Source: Blasia pusilla (lineage: Eukaryota). From it: a stretch of 64,000 nt of DNA. Within the stretch, counting starts at the first letter, position 1, and every line of letters starts with the position of its first letter. Below, piece by piece: positions 59,431 through 64,000 of the stretch. Position numbers and translations under genes: made by a program. The notes beneath the pieces are model-generated. The model was not told where the DNA came from and did no database searches. It saw nothing but the letters and a program-made list of their open reading frames with translations. The DNA lies in assembly GCA_050084515.1 (NCBI GenBank), contig CM114271.1, forward strand, positions 47,492,001-47,556,000. The letters are read 5' to 3'.

Positions 59431-62400
59431 TCACCGGCTGGAGACAGTCCGATAGTAAAGGTAAAGATCATCTGGCTTTTTCCACACATAGGCTCGAACT
59501 GTGGCTAAGCTCATCTCTGGAGGCAAAACCTGTTAACAGCAAAATCCTTAGCTCATTAACACGAAGACACATTGTGAACATCCAAGAAGAGCTGGTAAAA
59601 ATGATTAAACTTCCATCACATATCGATCTTTATCTCAGCAAGATACTTTCTCACTTGAATACAGTTAGTCTTATTCACTAGCTGAGCAAATTTCTGAACA
59701 ATGAACACCTTCAGGTAAGTTGATCATAATAAGAAATCTCGGGGCCTGTCTTCAGGTTCCAAAACTAAGAACTCTAAAGCATACAAGAAAAGTCCTGTGC
59801 AGGTACCTGCTGGTTACATAAGATCTCAACCACAGGCTTAACCTGTAGCTGCCAGATCCTAGAACCTTGTCTAGATGAACCATATCCATTACCAGCTTGG
59901 TGATTGCTTCCTTGTCCAGATGTTGAAGTCGAATCAGAAGCATTGTCATCTACGGGCCTGTCAAGAACAAGTTTCTCTAAGACATAATTTACAACCTGTG
60001 CAAACAGGGAAGTATGTTAGTAAAGCTTCCAGCTCCTTCTTCCTCAGACTCCAGTGAGGGTAACTTAGAATGCTACTTTACAATCAGATCCTGTCTCCCC
60101 TTTAGAAATTCTTCACTAAAGGATTCAAGACACCAGAAACATCAATACAAGAAAGACGTGCCACCTGGGATCATGAACACATACTTTATGTATCCGCAAA
60201 ATTCGAGGTGCACTTAATTTCCCTTGAGTAAGAACTTGTAAAGAACTACCCTCATATGGAAGTAGGAAGAAACTACATCTGCACAGAAAAATACCACTTC
60301 AACTTTCAAAAATGGCATGTCAACATAAGATGTATCATTACAGCATTGAAGGGTCAAGTTTTGCTTCGCATCATCTTTTCTGTCAGACGGTTATTAGTAT
60401 CCCTTCATAGCAAAAGACATCTAGGACTCAGTGGCATTGAGTTATGTATTTTATTTGGAAATGAAGTGAGTCTTAGACTGCACAGACAGAGATAACTAAC
60501 TGATAACAAGGTAAGAAATTTGAAGAATGGTTTCTCTGCTTCATGAAAGCATTTAGAACATGTTCATACTTAGCATTATCCCGGGGAGGCAGACGACTAT
60601 GCAGTACACAATCAATACACCACAGTGGAAGTTCTTTTTCATCTTCAGTCCCATCCAAATCAGTGGCTTTCTTTCGCCAAGGTCCTCCTTGTGATCCTTC
60701 TGTAATTATGGACGGAGGTGAGGTGGCTGAAAATTCGAATGCAGGTACCACTTTTGAATGATGGACATCTGTGTCATCATGATTGTCCTCAGCTCCTCCT
60801 CTTTTCTCACTCCCATGTTCACTTCCAATCCCAGATTCTGCACTAACTTTGTCTCCATTAGCAAGAGGCACTGCGCCCGTCTTATGTCTTCGTCTTGCTA
60901 GCCAAACACTCAAGAGACCACGTAATGTCTCTTGTCCTAGGTTCAACTGCGCATGCAAACGTGAAGAAAAATTAAGCTTCAATACCTTGGTTGACATGCA
61001 TGGCAAGAAGCTTACCAGACCTAATAACATTAATAGACAACTTGATCATGAATCAGGGAGAAAAAAGGGAAACATTTGCAAACTTCATTCTCAGTTCGTC
61101 ACCCTATCACTTATCACCTAGGAACCAGACACTAACATCTGCACTATCCAGTCGAAACACAGTCCAAGTTTTAAATCTTGTAGTGACCAGTATGAAAAAG
61201 AATGAAAGAGGATAGATTAGGCACCACGAATAGTAAGTATATGGCGCAGCTATCATGCACAGGCTGCTAGATTTCAGTTACATTACTAAGGAACATTGAT
61301 GTCTTTTTCCTTCTTTGTGCTAAATGAAGTGGCGAAAACACTTCTCATTACATTCCAGTGGCAAACTGTGGGACTAAAGCAAGTCACAAACCATACAGTT
61401 AGAATACACGACAAAGATTTCTGCACACAAGTACAGCCTGAGATAGGAACTGCGTTTTCACCTTCTGCTCTTCAGTGGCATTCGGCACTTGCAAATCCAC
61501 TGCATACATTTCTGCAGCAAAGCATTGTGGTGTATCCAAATGCACAGAAATGCTTCCAAGTCTGGTATCCATTGTAAACCATGATGGAACACTGACCTGC
61601 TCAAATGAACAGATGAGCATAACGACGTCAACATTCCTAAAAATTGAGATTTCAACCAGGCTCTGACAATTGAATATAACAGCTAGGACTTGAGGACATG
61701 ATGCAATAGACCCTTTTACCAATTGATTCCAGAACAGAGAAAAAGGCGATGCTTCTGCAGGCACACTTCTGATTCAAAGAGATTAGAACAAAAGAGTCTG
61801 AATTCTCAATTAGATGAAGAAGGGAAAGCTAGATTGCTTTGCACATGTTGGTACATGAGCCCAATACCTTACCCTCTCAAAAAGTTCTGTCTCCTTCTCT
61901 TCAAAAGATACCTGCCACATCCGCATGCTTATATGAGGGCACCTGGCAGGTTTCTGATAGTAGACCTAGTAATCAAAGGGATTTCTTGCCAATAAATAGT
62001 GCACACACAACCCATGACTGAATTTTACTGCACACAGTAAGTCGCCACTACAAGATGACTGGATTCTCGACCACAAGACAAAACACCAGAAAGAAAAAGA
62101 AAGTGTTATCATTTACCTTGCCATAATCATTGATAACCGTCCCACGTGTAATTTCCCAAACCTTCACAATACCTTCAGCATCCTGCATACATTAATGCCA
62201 AAGTATCAACATCACTACATCTCTTACACCCTGATAAGTTAAAAATTTGCACAGGAAGCACCTATTCTATTTTCTTGAATCTTACCTGGCTACAGAGTCA
62301 GTATTTCTTGCATCGTCTATGTTAGTTATCAACTTGTCTATAAAGTTATGCTCGTTCTTGGAGTGAAGATATGTGAAGGTTTCTCTGAGATTGTGGAGAT

Positions 62401-63924
62401 GTAAGAAGGAGAATCAGCGATGCTTAAATGAAAAGCCCATCACTTGGGCAATTTAGCATTTGAACCACAATTACATAACTTGATGTGATTAGGTGATTAC
62501 TTATACAGATGACAGATTGATCACCCAGTAGCTTTTGGTACACTACAGCAAGAAGCAGTTGCCGGATAACGTGGAGAATGACTTAAAACTTGGCTGACCA
62601 TACCTTGGTCAAGACATGACGACGATCATTCAAGATTGCATGCCGTACAATTCCTGCAGTACCGGGAATAACTGCAGATGGGGTTGAGTGTAGAGGCACC
62701 TGATAACCAGAACCCACATCTCCAGTAATCAAAGTCCAGACCACAGAATGCTAGACACTTAGGCACAATTTAAGGCGTCCACACCACAACACCATCCTGA
62801 CCACCAAAATTATCCGGTCGATCAACTTCATCAGAAGAAAAAAAAAAATAAAGAAACATTGAGGCACCGATTGGGTACATACAGGTGCGGAGCCATCTAA
62901 ACATGCCTTGGCTCGGGCGAAGGGTAAAGACCCAGCCACAAATGAGCTAGCTCTTTGGAGCTTCTTGTGCAACATTCGCTCCCGAGCTGGCCACTTGTTA
63001 AGAGAAGAATCAGTTGTAGCAACCCACAACCACTCATCTCCCTGCAATGCCAGCTGCAACACCGGTTGTTGCTCCATACATAAAAGTGTACTTTCACGAG
63101 TCACGAGATCTGTGAGGTACACCTGACATAAACATTGAAAATCAATTTGTGGGAAAAATTGGGGACGGCTCCCTGTAATTACAGGGGAAAAGGCATCACA
63201 ATGTGTACTGTGTTAGACGTATAGAGATTTAGAGCAATAGAGATTTTCCACAAGCAACCTTACAAAGTTTTGCATTTGAAGCTTACAGAAAGATCCCTTC
63301 CACCGCTGTAGACGTGGCTGAATGAAGGAGTGCTTGCAAGAGCCCACACAGAGTCGGTGTGCACGGCATAAGAGTGAACACATCGCTGTTGACCCAAATC
63401 CCAAAGACTGCAAACCATTTCCTTACATTTGAGTGCCAATAAGAGAAACTCCCCAAAATATGAAAAATAAAAACTCAGCTTTCAACATCGACCATCCCTG
63501 ACACGCCACACAACCCCAACATGCGTGCATATCCAACCCCAACACACATGCATATCCAACTTAAATTTCAAAATGCGCGAACTTCTAATCAAAGAATATT
63601 TCATCTCTGATTTATATATTGTGGAAAAGAAAGTTGACGCACCGAATCATGAAGTCAGAAGAACCAGATAAGCAATATCTGCAGTATCCAAAACACCATC
63701 CCAGATAAGTTGAGTAAATGTGCCAGTCCAGAGACTACAGTTGACAGAAACATAAGGCCTTTGGATTGAGATGATGATGACGGTAGGCAGAACTCGTAAA
63801 AATAGCAATGGAAATCCGCACAATACCTGCCAGTTGGATCCAGAAGAAGCGCTCGTACATTGTCTGTATGACCTTTCAACTTCATTTGCTTAGTGCCAGT
63901 CCTTGGATCCCAAACCCTTACAGC
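59431..63924 (-). CDS. WDR48: WD repeat protein 48 / UAF1 (LRS1-like), 3' portion; 5' exons lie beyond the window
   Basis: Spliced exons read [33 protein letters not shown] | [11 protein letters not shown] | [23 protein letters not shown] | YLTDL...WVATTDSS | [11 protein letters not shown] | [14 protein letters not shown] | VSFEEK | [22 protein letters not shown] | [22 protein letters not shown] | [22 protein letters not shown] | [16 protein letters not shown] | [22 protein letters not shown], with the stop at 59431. Confidence 0.96.
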
Positions 63925-64000
63925 CTGGAGGAGGTTGACAAAGTAAGAGGTGTGAGGAATTTGCATTTGGTCAATAATCCAGACCAGATTTTCATGTAAG

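Noticed and set aside
62046..62056. CACTACAAGA as a CACTA terminus
   Set aside because: It sits in a short WDR48 intron with no subterminal repeats, and its orientation and position do not pair with the end at 53611.

Overview
This is eukaryotic nuclear DNA from a land plant, probably a non-seed plant (inferred from protein divergence and the transposon mix; the species was not identified). It has GT-AG introns, AT-rich intergenic DNA and many transposon remnants. There are no prokaryotic operons, CRISPR arrays, rRNA genes or recognisable tRNA genes. Five host genes are supported: a DMP/DUF679 membrane protein (-), a 10-exon TruA-family tRNA pseudouridine synthase with a long acidic N-terminal extension (+), a ~17-exon plastid bifunctional aspartokinase-homoserine dehydrogenase (+), a GT17/MGAT3-like glycosyltransferase (+) and the 3' part of WDR48/UAF1 (-, runs off the window). 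The accessory DNA includes a ~9.94 kb degenerate, intron-containing Helitron with both termini visible (9684-19622, -) and at least two mini-Helitrons sharing its 5' end. It also holds a decayed MULE/SWIM transposase that resembles a conserved plant SWIM-finger gene family but keeps the catalytic DDE residues, CRE-like non-LTR 3' fragments, LTR remnants, a CACTA end, an acyl-activating-enzyme pseudogene fragment and several tandem and inverted repeats. No clearly new biological system can be proven from the sequence alone. The best leads are the palindromic, possibly two-way Helitron terminus with mirror-like architecture over 1-20 kb, and the MULE lineage related to a domesticated gene family. 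Coordinates were read by eye; exon boundaries and decayed-element limits may be off by a few bases.
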